From contig CBDFJG010000001.1 in assembly GCA_965248445.1 (NCBI GenBank), forward strand, positions 320,001 through 384,000: a DNA stretch of 64,000 nt, in the 5' to 3' direction. Positions 46,413 through 56,921 of the stretch are shown one piece after another. Each line of letters opens with the position of its first letter. Position 1 is the first letter of the stretch. Made by a program: the position numbers and the translations under genes. This DNA is from Planctomycetota bacterium (GTDB taxonomy: Bacteria; Planctomycetota; JAJSAM01; JAJVHW01). The notes beneath the pieces were generated by a model, which saw only the letters and a list, made by a program, of their open reading frames with translations, ran no database searches and had not been told where the DNA came from.

Positions 46413-47120
46413 ATGAGCGACGCATCGCCGATCCGACTCCTGGTCACGGGCGCCAACCGGGGCATCGGCTTGGAGCTCACGCGGCAGGCCGTGTCGCCGG
46501 GCGATCACGTCCTCGCTACCTGTCGCGACCCCGCCGGAGCAGATCAGCTGCAGGCGCTCCACTCCGAGCACCCGGAGTCACTCGAGATCTTCGCCCTCGA
46601 CGTCACGAGCGACGCCTCGGTGGCAGCGCTGACGCGATCGGTCGGTGGCCGGGCGATCGACGTTCTCGTGAACAACGCCGGCATCTCGGGGGGCCCGGCA
46701 CAGGACACCGAGCGCATGGACTACGGCGCCTGGGCAGATGCCCTGTCGGTGAACACCATGGCACCGTTCCGTGTGACGATGGCGGTGCTCCCAGCGCTTC
46801 GCCGTTCCTCGAAACCGCGCGTCGTCACGCTCTCGTCCTTGATGGGATCGCTCACCGGTACGGGCACGGGTTCGTTCGCTTACCGCTCGTCCAAGGCGGC
46901 CGTCAACAAGGTCATGCAGCTCCTCGCGACCGAGTTTGCCGGCGCCGGGATCATCGTCGTGCCCGTGCACCCCGGGTGGGTTCGTACGGACATGGGCGGA
47001 TCGGACGCACCGCTCACTGTTGATGAGAGCGTTCGCGGCCTGCTCGCCCTCATCGACCGACTGACCCAGGCCGACTCCGGTCGCTTCCTGGACTGGACGG
47101 GAGGCGAGCTACCCTGGTGA
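46413..47120 (+). CDS. SDR oxidoreductase (CsgA/C-factor-like)
   Basis: TGANRGIG, NNAG, YRSSK, HPGWVRTDMGG. Confidence 0.92.
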   Translation: MSDASPIRLLVTGANRGIGLELTRQAVSPGDHVLATCRDPAGADQLQALHSEHPESLEIFALDVTSDASVAALTRSVGGRAIDVLVNNAGISGGPAQDTERMDYGAWADALSVNTMAPFRVTMAVLPALRRSSKPRVVTLSSLMGSLTGTGTGSFAYRSSKAAVNKVMQLLATEFAGAGIIVVPVHPGWVRTDMGGSDAPLTVDESVRGLLALIDRLTQADSGRFLDWTGGELPW

Positions 47121-47150
47121 TCCTGGGGGCGATGGCTCTACGCTTCGGCG

Positions 47151-47915
47151 ATGGACGAACGCGAGTTGCGCGCACACATCCTCGAGATGCTCCGGTTCAA
47201 CGCTGCGCGCACGCTGAGCACGGCCGAGCCCAGTCGCTTCCAGGTCGAGTCCGGCGGCGGACTCAGTTGGTGCATCGACGCGGCCCGTCGGGCGCCGTAC
47301 TACAACCGGGTGCTCGGGTTCGACCGGACAGCGATCGCGCGACTGGAGGGGCTCCTCGGCAGCTATGAGCACGCCGGGCTGACCCCCCAGTTCGATCTCG
47401 AACCGGAGGCACTCTGCCCGGAGGTCAGCGCCGCGCTCTCGTCGCACGGGTTCTCTCCGAGTATCAACCTCGGGTTCTTGCAGCGATCACCGGAGCCGCC
47501 GGAGCCGCCGGAGGTTCGCGTCGAGCGATGGACACACGACCGCGCGGATGACTTTCTCGCGCTCCTCGCGACGAGTGGCGCGACGTGCGATCCGTCGATC
47601 TGGGCCACGCAGCGGCGCTTCTACTGCACAGACGAGTTTCGGACGTTCGTCGCGTATCTCGATGGACGCCCGTGCGCGTGGGCCACGCTTCTGGTTCTGG
47701 GCGACACCGGCTACCTCGCCAACGCGTACACCCAGGACGGACTTCGCCGACGGGGCGCGCACACAGCGCTACTTAGCGCGCGCATCACCGACGCGGCAGA
47801 ACTCGGGCTGTCCACCGTCTGGACAGACGTCGAGTGGCGCACCGACAGCCACCGAAACTGCGTCCGCGCGAGCTTTCGGCTCCTGACGATCCACACGCAG
47901 TGGACGACAGCCTAA
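47151..47915 (+). CDS. GNAT-family acetyltransferase
   Basis: YNRVLG, A.T....RRRGAHTALL.ARI..A, S.RN..R. Confidence 0.8.
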   Translation: MDERELRAHILEMLRFNAARTLSTAEPSRFQVESGGGLSWCIDAARRAPYYNRVLGFDRTAIARLEGLLGSYEHAGLTPQFDLEPEALCPEVSAALSSHGFSPSINLGFLQRSPEPPEPPEVRVERWTHDRADDFLALLATSGATCDPSIWATQRRFYCTDEFRTFVAYLDGRPCAWATLLVLGDTGYLANAYTQDGLRRRGAHTALLSARITDAAELGLSTVWTDVEWRTDSHRNCVRASFRLLTIHTQWTTA

Positions 47916-49582
47916 CGACGCGGCGTCAGCAGTTCGCCCGTGATCGCATCCAGCATCGCCGCATTGCGACGGTCGAGCGTTGTGACCATACAGCGCACCG
48001 TCGTCTCCGCCGTTCCGTCCGGCAGGGTGCGCTTGCCAGCGCGTAACTGGATCCAGCCGACGCTCTCGCCGGCCGGCACCTGCGCGCGCGCCAGCAGTTC
48101 CGACAGGGGCCGTACAGATTGGTAGACGCTCATCTCCAGTGCTCGGATGCCGCGCTTGCCACGCCGCGTCGCCTTCTTCGGTGTTTTGAGTGACGTCCCG
48201 TCATAGATGCGCGTGATGCGCTCGACGGCTGCCGTGGTCGCATTGAGGGTGTAGAAGTCGATCTCCGCCGGAGCGTCCCGCGCGCCCGGGTGGATGTCCA
48301 CTCCGATGACGTTCTGCACCCCGGAGGTCGCGGTGAGCGCCAGGACGCGCAACGCATCCTGCACCGAGAACCCGGGTGTGCCGTCCTCGAACGTGACGCC
48401 CTCGACAGACTTCGCGTACTTGGCGCCCCACCTCTCGCTGCGCTCCTCTTCCGACATCGCCGCCGAGCCGATGGCGACTTTTCCGCCAGTGACGTGCATC
48501 GTAACGCCCCCCGTGTCCGGCCGCGCGACGCGGGAATCTGCGAGCTTGGCGTTCTCGAAGCGACAGTCGCGCGCGTGGGCAACTGCAGCACGGTCGCGTC
48601 CACCCGGCCCTATGAACACCGCGTCGACGTCCGTGATCAGGCAGCGCTCGAGCGCCGCGAGACCCACTCCCCGGAAGCTCAACGCGTACCCGTCCCCGGG
48701 GCCCACGATCTCGCAGTCCTGCATTGCCAGATAGGCGCTGCCGCTCACTCCGATCGGTGCAGCGTGACCGGCCACCTGCCAGCCGCGGATGCGCACACGC
48801 TCGAGGGCGGCCGCGATCCCGCCGCGTGCGTCGAGGACGATCTGCCCCATCTCGGCACCGTCGATGGTCAGATCGCGGATAACGAGGTTGTGCAGAGATG
48901 CCTTCTCGTCGCAGCACAGGAACGCCCAGCCGGGCCCGATCAGTGTGGTCTCGTCCATGCCCGCGCCGCGGATCTCGAGCGACTCGATGTCCTCCCGCGG
49001 GACGTTCCAGCCGTTGCCGCGCTTCAGTACGAACGTCCCCGGCCCGAACTCGATGACGCCCGACTTCCCCATGTGCTCGCTCAGGTCGACTTCGGTGCGA
49101 TCCCCGGTCGACGCGATCGATGCGACGGGACCGGGTGCCGTGCGGATGTGTGCACGCATGGCCGCGTAGTCCGAGACGAGGCCCGACACGTCGGCACCGT
49201 GCTCCATGTACCTCTGCACAACCTCGAGTCCCGCATCGTCCGCCGTGACGACGGATTCGCGGCGCCGCCGGCGCTCCTCCGCGAGCGCCCGCTGCAGGAA
49301 CTCGATCTCCTCGGCGGTCAGATCCGTTCCGGCGATACCGACATTCGGCACGGCCCCCGCGTCGAGGGACGGACTCGGCTCACCCGCCCCAACGCGCACG
49401 CGATCCCGCTTGGGGGGTGGGTCACGCGGCGGCGGGTCCTCCGACGCAGGGGACTCTGCGTCTGGCGCAACCGCCCCATCGCTCTCCCCGACCGAACCGA
49501 CCACGCCGATCGCCGTGGCCATGAGTGCTCCGGCGCCGAACGCCACGAGCGCAACGAGTGCCGTGCGATGCCATGCCTGCAT
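47912..49582 (-). CDS. membrane-anchored protein with beta-helix-like domain
   Basis: N-terminal TM, P-rich linker; IEFGPGTF, IRGAGMDETTL, IRDLTIDG, DC.I repeats. Confidence 0.62.
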   Translation of the reverse strand: MQAWHRTALVALVAFGAGALMATAIGVVGSVGESDGAVAPDAESPASEDPPPRDPPPKRDRVRVGAGEPSPSLDAGAVPNVGIAGTDLTAEEIEFLQRALAEERRRRRESVVTADDAGLEVVQRYMEHGADVSGLVSDYAAMRAHIRTAPGPVASIASTGDRTEVDLSEHMGKSGVIEFGPGTFVLKRGNGWNVPREDIESLEIRGAGMDETTLIGPGWAFLCCDEKASLHNLVIRDLTIDGAEMGQIVLDARGGIAAALERVRIRGWQVAGHAAPIGVSGSAYLAMQDCEIVGPGDGYALSFRGVGLAALERCLITDVDAVFIGPGGRDRAAVAHARDCRFENAKLADSRVARPDTGGVTMHVTGGKVAIGSAAMSEEERSERWGAKYAKSVEGVTFEDGTPGFSVQDALRVLALTATSGVQNVIGVDIHPGARDAPAEIDFYTLNATTAAVERITRIYDGTSLKTPKKATRRGKRGIRALEMSVYQSVRPLSELLARAQVPAGESVGWIQLRAGKRTLPDGTAETTVRCMVTTLDRRNAAMLDAITGELLTPRR

Positions 49583-49621
49583 GCGGACCCTCCCTCCGTA
49601 GAGAGGATAATGTCCGCTGGG

Positions 49622-50881
49622 CTACACGCGCCCCCCGATCGGAGTCGGGTTCGGCACAAGATGCGCAGTGGCGCCGCGGGCCAGGATCGCGTCGCCCCCC
49701 TGGGTCTGCGTCTCTCCGAGCACGTCGCGAAGGAGCGCGGCCAGGCGGCGCCAGACCGAGTCCTGCAGGTACGGCATGCCGTATTGCTCGCAGAGCTCCT
49801 GCAGTCGCGGTTGAGCGCGGACCAGTTGCGCGGGCGCCAGGTCGGGCCACAGGTGATGCTCCACCTGGTAGTTCAGATAACCGTGGAGGAGGTCGTTGAC
49901 TGCACCGCCCGTGCGGTAGTTCGCGGTTCCGTGAAGCTGCCGCAGGAGCGCCTCATCGCTGGTCTGGGGCGGTGTGTCAAATCGCAAGATGTCGTCCCCC
50001 GCATGGCTGGGCACGATGATCGCGAACGCGTGCAGGTTCGCGAGCACCTCGGCTACGAGCAGATTCGCGAGAACGGCGAGCGTCGCGCCCAAGCCGAGTG
50101 GCAGGAAGCACAACGGGAGCAACACGAAGCGCAAGAGCAGCGTCGGCAGCCACACCTGCAGCCAGACTTCGCGGCCGAGACGCCTGGTCGGCAGGTAGAC
50201 GTCAGCATCGAACGGATCGAACGGCGTCGGCGGGATGCGCTCCTTCCGTTCCATCACGCGTCGCACGGTGTTCGGGCCGTAGTACACCGGCCGCCAGATC
50301 GCGGCGGCAATGAACACGAAGACGGCAGCGAACGGCCGCCGCAACCCCCAAGCGCGCAACCAGGCGAAGTTCGCGACGGGTTCGTCCGGGTCGTACGTCT
50401 CGCCGAGTCGGTGGTGGTGCAGGGAGTTGTGTTCGACCACCCACGCCCTCGGGGGGATCCAGTCCGCCCAGTCGAGGATGCGCCGCCACCCGCGCGCGAA
50501 CGTGCGACTGGTCCAGTGCGACGGCGCGTCGTCACGTTCGTCGAACGCGCCGTGCAAGATGTGGTGCGCGACGATTGTCCAGCGGATCACGCCGCCGAGT
50601 GCGAGGGCCACCACGGACAGTGGATTCAGCGCCCACCACGCAACTCCCAAGCCGAGGAGAGTGAGCGAGCGGCCGAGGAGCGAAATGCGCGCAAGGTGGG
50701 CGACATCACTCGAACGTCGATCCGCACGCAACTCATCGCCCAGCGCGCGCACGTCGCGCAGAAATGCCGCCGTGCGAACCGGACTCTGAATTCTGCTCAC
50801 GGCGCCCCCACACGATTGCGGGGCGTCAATGCCACGCGGAACCGGTGCCGCCGAAGAGTCTTCACATGGGAGCACTGACAA
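49622..50881 (-). CDS. fatty acid (acyl-CoA) desaturase
   Basis: His boxes HHILH, HNSLHH, QVEHHLWP; start uncertain. Confidence 0.9.
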   Translation of the reverse strand: MSVLPCEDSSAAPVPRGIDAPQSCGGAVSRIQSPVRTAAFLRDVRALGDELRADRRSSDVAHLARISLLGRSLTLLGLGVAWWALNPLSVVALALGGVIRWTIVAHHILHGAFDERDDAPSHWTSRTFARGWRRILDWADWIPPRAWVVEHNSLHHHRLGETYDPDEPVANFAWLRAWGLRRPFAAVFVFIAAAIWRPVYYGPNTVRRVMERKERIPPTPFDPFDADVYLPTRRLGREVWLQVWLPTLLLRFVLLPLCFLPLGLGATLAVLANLLVAEVLANLHAFAIIVPSHAGDDILRFDTPPQTSDEALLRQLHGTANYRTGGAVNDLLHGYLNYQVEHHLWPDLAPAQLVRAQPRLQELCEQYGMPYLQDSVWRRLAALLRDVLGETQTQGGDAILARGATAHLVPNPTPIGGRV

Positions 50882-51022
50882 CGGCGGATTTCATCACCGC
50901 ACCGACGTCGCTGACACGCCAACCGAGCAGCGCCGGCAGCGGCCCGTCCCGTAGCGCGGACACGATGTGTCAGTCAGTCCTCACACTCACGCCAGCGGCA
51001 GCGAGCACGCGGGCGTGGTGCG

Positions 51023-52876
51023 TCACTTCGCCGCGCGCTTCTCCTCGGCCTTTTGGATCACTTCGGCAAGCACCGCTGCAGCCCTCGCGGTCTGATCCTC
51101 GAGCGCGGCGCGACAGATCTCCAGCACGCGATCGTGCTCGACGGCGTTGCTCGTGAGCGACCAGCGGGCCGCGCCGCCGATCAACAGCCGTGCCGTGTCG
51201 GACTCATCCTCCGACCATTGCAGAACCTTGATGATCCGCCGCACATGCTGTGCGTCGCCACTGGCCATGAACATGCCCCAGAACATGTCCAGGACACTCG
51301 GAGACGTGATCGGGATGTCCTCGTCGGCAGGCGGGCTGGTCGTGAGCAACGGCGCGAGCATCGTATCGTCACCATCAGGCCCCGCGGCGGCACGCAAGCG
51401 TGTCTCCAGTTCATCGACTTGCGCCATCCAAAGTGCGCTGACGACGACGCGCCGGCAGTTGAGGCTCGTGTCGCCGAGGCGCTCGGACCAATCCGCGATG
51501 CGATCCGGGTTGGCGCGGAAGATCTCCGCCAGAAAGGACGTGATCACGACCTGCGCCCCTTGGCGCTTGAGCAGACCGTCTCCGTCGACGAAGCGCAGGT
51601 ACTCTTCCACGCGCTGCGGCTCCGGGTCGAGGTAGTACCCCTGGAACCAGCGATCGGCGCCCGCGCGGTCGGCGATGCGTTCAGCGGCGGGCGCGTCATC
51701 CTGCAGACCGTCGGCCTCGGCCACGAGCGCGAGGATCACGTCGTTGCACGCCTTGGGTCCGGCCTCGCCCCGCGCATTCGCGACGGCGAGGAACGCGAGA
51801 CCGCGCTCCGGGGCGAGCCAGGCGCTCGCGTACCACATGGTGTTCGATCCGTTGTGCGTGAGCACCGGTCCGGGCTTCCCGTCGGCGCCGGCCCACGACT
51901 GCGTCGTGACCATCCAGCCGAGCGCGTAGCTCTGGCCCGGCAGCGGCGTGTGCAACGTGTTGAAGGTCTCCTTCGAGAGGAAGCCCTCGACGTCTCCCTG
52001 TGCCCCGCGCAAGTGCGCCGCGCAGAACCGTCCCCAGTCCTCGAGAGAGAGGTGCACCCGCCCCGCCGGAGCGATCGCCGTCGGATTGTCCGCGCCGGGG
52101 ACGTTCGGAGGCATGGGGCGCCACGTTTCCCCTTGTGCGGCGTGGCCCCAGGGCTGGTCGGGCGCCGCCGGCTTCGTCTTCTTCCCGGGGGGACCGAAGC
52201 CGGCCGTGGTGATGCCAAGCGGCTTGAACACCTCACGCTGCACGAGCGATTCGTAGTCGAGCTTCGCCCGCACCTCGGCGGCGTGGCCCGCGAGCGCAAA
52301 GCCGGCGTTCGAGTAGAGGTTGTCCGTCCCGGGAGCAGCCTCGGGCGGACGCTTCGCGAGGTCGGCGAGCAAGAGCCGCCGCGCCTTCTGCGGTGTCCCC
52401 TTGTGCGACCAGAGCTGCAGCCAGACCGGCAGTTGCGTCAGATCCGCGCCCACACCGGCCCGGTTGCCGAGCAGGCGGTGCATCGTGGCGCCCTTCCAGC
52501 CCTCGGCGAACTTCACCCTCGGAAACACCGCGGTGAGCTCCGTGTCGAACGTGAGCTTCTTCTGCTCGTGCAGCCGCGCCAGCAGCGTCGCTGTGATCGC
52601 CTTCGTGTCGGACCCGATGTGCCACAGGTCGCGCGGCGTCACCGCCGTCTTGCCGCCGTGTACGCGCACACCGCTCACTCCGAGCGCCACGGTGCGCCGC
52701 GTGTCCACGATCGCCCCGCCGAGCGCCGGCACACCGTGCTTCTCGAGGATCGGAGCCAGCACGGACGAGATGTCCCGCGGCGGAACGGGGTCCTTCGCTG
52801 CGCCCAGATCCGCTAATCCCGCGGTAACGGCGAGGCCTGCGGCCAGCACGACGAGCGACGGTCGACGAAGTCCCAT
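51023..52876 (-). CDS. exported serine hydrolase (beta-lactamase class C-like) with extra C-terminal helical domain
   Basis: WHIGSDTK (SxxK), YSNAG, AGRVH.S, YALGW, HNGSNT; about 200-aa extra domain. Confidence 0.88.
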   Translation of the reverse strand: MGLRRPSLVVLAAGLAVTAGLADLGAAKDPVPPRDISSVLAPILEKHGVPALGGAIVDTRRTVALGVSGVRVHGGKTAVTPRDLWHIGSDTKAITATLLARLHEQKKLTFDTELTAVFPRVKFAEGWKGATMHRLLGNRAGVGADLTQLPVWLQLWSHKGTPQKARRLLLADLAKRPPEAAPGTDNLYSNAGFALAGHAAEVRAKLDYESLVQREVFKPLGITTAGFGPPGKKTKPAAPDQPWGHAAQGETWRPMPPNVPGADNPTAIAPAGRVHLSLEDWGRFCAAHLRGAQGDVEGFLSKETFNTLHTPLPGQSYALGWMVTTQSWAGADGKPGPVLTHNGSNTMWYASAWLAPERGLAFLAVANARGEAGPKACNDVILALVAEADGLQDDAPAAERIADRAGADRWFQGYYLDPEPQRVEEYLRFVDGDGLLKRQGAQVVITSFLAEIFRANPDRIADWSERLGDTSLNCRRVVVSALWMAQVDELETRLRAAAGPDGDDTMLAPLLTTSPPADEDIPITSPSVLDMFWGMFMASGDAQHVRRIIKVLQWSEDESDTARLLIGGAARWSLTSNAVEHDRVLEICRAALEDQTARAAAVLAEVIQKAEEKRAAK

Positions 52877-52920
52877 TCCGGCATCGTACGGGGGAGGCGC
52901 TACCGCTAGCCTCCGCCTTC

Positions 52921-53916
52921 ATGCCAAACTTCACACGTCGGGACGTACTGGGAGCGGGAGCACTGGCGGGCGCCGCGCTGGCGCTGGGAGCGAGACGCGC
53001 TTCCGCACAGTCGGCGAAAATGCCGATCTCCGTGTCCAGCGGCAACGGACTGAGAGCCGTCGCCAAGGCGTGCGAGCGCGTTGCGGCCGGCGACCGGCCC
53101 GTTCACGCCAGTGTGCAGGGCGTCAGCATCAACGAAGCGGATCCGGAGGACACCAGCGTCGGTCTCGGCGGCTCCCCGAACGAACAAGGTGTCATGGAGC
53201 TCGACGCGTGCGTCATGGACGGCACCCGTGGGCTCGCGGGATCGGTGGCGGGCATCCGCGACATCCTGCATCCCTCCCAGGTCGCGCTGCGTGTGCTTGA
53301 CCGCACCGACCACGTGATGCTGGTCGGGGAGGGCGCCTACAAGTTCGCCCGCGCCCACGGCTTCCCGCACACGGACCTGTTGACGGAGAAGGCGCGCAAG
53401 CGCTGGCTCGATTGGAAGGAGAACCTGTCGGACAAGGACGACTGGGTGCCGCCCAACGATGGCGGGACCATCACGTGTCTGACCCGCGCAGTGGACGGGC
53501 GCATGGGCGGGTCCACGACCACGAGCGGTCTCGCCTACAAGATCCCCGGCCGCGTGGGCGACAGCCCGATCATCGGTGCGGGCTTGTACGTGGACGACAC
53601 CGCGGGAGCCGCCGGCTGCACGGGGCGCGGCGAGGCCTGCATCGTCACATGCGCGGCGTTCCTGGCGGTGGAGTCGATGCGCTGCGGCATGACGGCGACG
53701 GAGGCCGCGCTGGAGGCGTGCAAGCGCATCGTGGCGCGAACGAAAGACGAGCGTCTCCTGAACGAGCAGGGACACCCGACCTTCAACGTGAAGATCCACT
53801 GCCTCCGCAACGACGGCGACCACGGCGGCGCGGCGATCTGGAGCGGCGGGAAGTACGCGGTTCAGGACGCGGAGGGTGCCCGGCTCACCGACATGGCCCA
53901 CGTATTCGAGCGCTGA
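52921..53916 (+). CDS. Tat-exported N4-(beta-N-acetylglucosaminyl)-L-asparaginase / isoaspartyl peptidase (Ntn hydrolase)
   Basis: TRRDVL Tat motif; EADP.D.SVG.GG.PN, LDAC.MDG, GTI, TTTSGLAYKIPGRVGDSPIIGAG, TGRGE. Confidence 0.92.
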   Translation: MPNFTRRDVLGAGALAGAALALGARRASAQSAKMPISVSSGNGLRAVAKACERVAAGDRPVHASVQGVSINEADPEDTSVGLGGSPNEQGVMELDACVMDGTRGLAGSVAGIRDILHPSQVALRVLDRTDHVMLVGEGAYKFARAHGFPHTDLLTEKARKRWLDWKENLSDKDDWVPPNDGGTITCLTRAVDGRMGGSTTTSGLAYKIPGRVGDSPIIGAGLYVDDTAGAAGCTGRGEACIVTCAAFLAVESMRCGMTATEAALEACKRIVARTKDERLLNEQGHPTFNVKIHCLRNDGDHGGAAIWSGGKYAVQDAEGARLTDMAHVFER

Positions 53917-53958
53917 TCGCGGGACTCCGGCGGCGGCGCCGGCCCACAAGATTGCGTT

Positions 53959-54405
53959 CTAGGGGCTCCCACGAATCGGGAGTCGATCGAGCACGCCGCG
54001 AACGCCCGCACTGATGGCCGGCAAGTGACTCTGATCGATCGAGAATCGAAACCTGTGGTCCTGGTGCAGATGGTCTGGCGAAACTCGGACCTCTGCTTCA
54101 ATCGTGCCACGCGAGTCTGCAATGGAGAGCTCGACTCCCAGGTTCGGCTCCATGCACGAGAGTTCGGCCTTTCCGCTGAGGACCTCGTGAAGCGACTCGC
54201 ACTGAGTCGCGAAGCTCGCCAACTCGGGTAGATGCAGGATCGAGCCGTGGGCTCGTACCGACCCACCGCCCTCGGCGCAGTGCGCCGTGATGCGCAACCA
54301 GTTGCCGTCCCAGTAGTCCTGAGAGTCGTCGAACTGGCGCCCATGAACCCAGATTCGGAGAGGTCCGATCTCGATGTTTGGCTCGCCGAGCTTCGTCACA
54401 TCCAT
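53959..54405 (-). CDS. hypothetical protein, WapI-like immunity family
   Basis: GRQF....DYWDGNWL, EL..F...., GKAEL..MEPNL, F.IDQS.L. Confidence 0.6.
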   Translation of the reverse strand: MDVTKLGEPNIEIGPLRIWVHGRQFDDSQDYWDGNWLRITAHCAEGGGSVRAHGSILHLPELASFATQCESLHEVLSGKAELSCMEPNLGVELSIADSRGTIEAEVRVSPDHLHQDHRFRFSIDQSHLPAISAGVRGVLDRLPIRGSP

Positions 54406-54479
54406 GTCCGTCCGCCGTGGGAGAGGTACCGCGCTCCAAAGTAGCGGACACGGCACTTCAGGGATCGTCTCCGATCCGC

Positions 54480-55361
54480 TCAGCGCGCCGTCGCGTCCTT
54501 GCGATCACGAACCTCGTCGAGAAGTTCGAGGCGGCTCTGCAATGCCGTGTCCTTGGGAAAGAGGTCGAGGCCCGAGCGCCACGTCTTCTCAGCGTCTTCC
54601 GCGCGGTCGAGGTTGTAGTAGAGGTGGCCGAGCCACACGAACGCCTCGGCGTGCTTGTCGAGCGGCGTGCGGTCCCGCTGCTGCCGCACCAGGAGCTCGA
54701 ACTCGCGGAGTGACTCCGCCTGCATGTCGGCCCAGTAGTAGTGCCGTGCGAGCGCGAATCGCGCCTCCCAGTTGGTCTCGTCGAGTTCGAGAGCGCGCAG
54801 CAGGGCGTCGGCACCTCGGCTGCCCCACTTGCCGGCCTGGGGGCCCCCGGGCGTCGAACGCATCTTCGCGAAGTACGCCCGCGCGAGCTGCAACTGTGCC
54901 GTTGCGTCGCGGGACTGGTCGCCTGCGATCGCTTCGAATCGCGAGACGAGCTCATCGGTGGCGCCAGCTTCCTGCACCTGCGCCCACAGTTCGTCGCGCT
55001 CCGCCTGGGAGAGTCCGGAAGTCGAGAGTTGGGCAAGGAACTGTGTCACATCGACCGGTGTGTTCGCGGGTTCCGCCGCTGTCGTCGACGCCGCAATTCG
55101 CAGATCGACGATGCGCGGCACGTCGGCTTCGGTCAGTCCAGCCGCCGGCGTAACGTGGGGCTGGCCCCGCGGCTCCGGTGCGCGCACGCGCGCCGTCGTG
55201 CCCTGCCGCCGCTCCAGAGCGTCGAGACGCTGAGCGATCTCCGCCAGCGCGGTGTCGTGGTCGGTCGATTCGACGTCGTCCCGTGTCAGGAGAACGGTGG
55301 TCGCGGCAGCCCCGGCGACGGACAAGGCAATCGTCAGCGCGACGAGTTGGAGCTGTTTCAT
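54480..55361 (-). CDS. membrane-anchored TPR protein
   Basis: N-terminal TM; AQLQLARAY, ALELDETNWEARFALA, AFVWLG.LY...AEKTWRSGL.LFP. Confidence 0.8.
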   Translation of the reverse strand: MKQLQLVALTIALSVAGAAATTVLLTRDDVESTDHDTALAEIAQRLDALERRQGTTARVRAPEPRGQPHVTPAAGLTEADVPRIVDLRIAASTTAAEPANTPVDVTQFLAQLSTSGLSQAERDELWAQVQEAGATDELVSRFEAIAGDQSRDATAQLQLARAYFAKMRSTPGGPQAGKWGSRGADALLRALELDETNWEARFALARHYYWADMQAESLREFELLVRQQRDRTPLDKHAEAFVWLGHLYYNLDRAEDAEKTWRSGLDLFPKDTALQSRLELLDEVRDRKDATAR

Positions 55362-55469
55362 GTCTCAGACGGTAGCGCTCCCGTGGCGAAGACAGTCCCG
55401 AGAACAGCAATTCCCATCACGGTGTCGGCGCAATCGCTCACGAATCGAGCGGGAGAGCGGCGTCCGCGC

Positions 55470-55640
55470 TCACTCGTCGTCGAACTCCTCGCTCGCGAAC
55501 TCGTTGCCGTCGCACGTGTTCTCGCTCTTCGGTCGCAGGCTGTTGAAGTTCGGTTCACCGTTCGTCTTCGCCGTGTTCTGGTGAACTTGACCGCGTTCTT
55601 GATCAGCGTCGTCGTCTCTCCGATCACTTCGTCGATGCCA
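55470..55640 (-). pseudogene. C-terminal remnant of a beta-helix paralog
   Basis: GIDEVIGETTTLIKNAVKFT, frameshift, then QNTAKTNGEPNFNSLRPKSENTCDGNEFASEEFDDE*; resembles the ends of the beta-helix paralogs. Confidence 0.5.
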
Positions 55641-55655
55641 GCGACGCGGCCGGGA

Positions 55656-56895
55656 TCAGTCGCCGAGCGAGAATCCGTTGCGGCGTCCGTCGATGGTCGC
55701 GTCGGCGGCGTCGAAGTCCGCCGGCACGAACGAGGGCGCCCCACGGAACACGTAGATCGTCCCGCCCTGGTTCACGTTGGTATCGTGCTCCGGTGCGCCC
55801 ACGATCAGATCGTCGCGGCCGTCGCCGTTGGTGTCGTAGAGGAGCAGCGAGCGGCCGAACGCATCCTGCGACGTCTCGGCGTCGATGATGTCGCGCGAGT
55901 TCCCGAAACCGGCCGTGCCGATCGCGACGCCGCCGAGGTAGATGGCGACGCGACTGCCGAAACTGCCGAAGCTCCCGTCGCCCGGACGGGGCGCGGAGAC
56001 GAGCAGGTCGTCCTGACCGTCCGCGTTGACGTCGCCGATGACGAGCGCAGCGCCGACCAAGTCGTTCTGGATCACCCCGCGGATCGAGCCGTCCGCGGCG
56101 ATCGCCGAGCGCGAGACCGGCGTCGCTGAACCGTTGAAGACCCACACGCGGCCCTCGTCGGTGTTGACGAAGTCGTGGAACGGCGCGCCGACCACGACCT
56201 CCGCGAACTGGTCTCCGGTCAGTTCACCGACGGCCAACGTCTGAGCGAAGTCGGCGAGCAGGCCCTCGGCCGAGTACGTCACGTCGGGCACCGACGAGAA
56301 CACGCCGCTCGACTGGAGGAAGACGTAGACCTCCTTGACCGCCGTCGCTCCGGCGGCCACCACCAGATCGACCTCGCCGTTGCCGTCGTGGTCACCGAGG
56401 CCCACCGCCGAGCCGAAGTCGTCATCCGTCGTGGTGCCGCTCACAATCCGCAGAGTCGGTGTGCCGCCGAATCCTGCGCCGCCCTCGATCAACACCGCGC
56501 GGCCGGCCGACCCGGGCAGCGGTTCGCCGACGAGGAGATCGTCCGCACCATCTCCCACCGCGTCCGCGGCCGAGAGCGATGCGCCGAACACGGCTCCCGG
56601 AGCGGCCCCGGCGAAGCTGTAGTCGGCATCGGTCACGTCGAGATTCCCCGTGATGCGCGTACCGCCGGCGAACACGAAGACCCCGTCTCCTGCCGGCGTC
56701 ACGCGAGAGACGGCCAGGTCCGTTACGCCATCGCCGTCGAAGTCCCCCAGCGCAATGGCGAGCGGGAAGAGCACGGTGGTACCCGCACGGTCGGCGATGA
56801 CGACGAATGCGTCCGAGTCCTGTTGAGCTCCGTCGAGCGCCGTGAACAGCCGTACCTCGCCCTTGCCGTTCGCGCGCGACACACGCGCCACGATG
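55656..56895 (-). CDS. FG-GAP (integrin-alpha-like beta-propeller) repeat protein, likely 5'-truncated
   Basis: GDFDGDGVTDLAV, FGASL...DGADDLLVGEP, GDVNADGQDDLLVSAP, DTNGDGRDDLIVGAP; no signal peptide or clear start. Confidence 0.75.
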
Positions 56896-56921
56896 TCGGA
56901 CGCGCTACAGTGAGGCGCAGC

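Noticed and set aside
34690..50878. Very long antisense or alternative-frame ORFs (e.g. 34690..37248, 48290..50878; similarly 6070..8094, 51053..52816)
   Set aside because: Arg/Ala/Pro-rich shadows of real genes, expected at high GC; no motifs
53450..53480. G-T instead of D-T at the asparaginase autocleavage site as a defect
   Set aside because: G-T junctions are normal in type 2 asparaginases/isoaspartyl peptidases, and the catalytic Thr is present
56175..56921. N-terminal 249 aa of the 924-aa ORF as part of the patatin
   Set aside because: Antisense to the FG-GAP gene; the patatin motif starts just after ATG 56922
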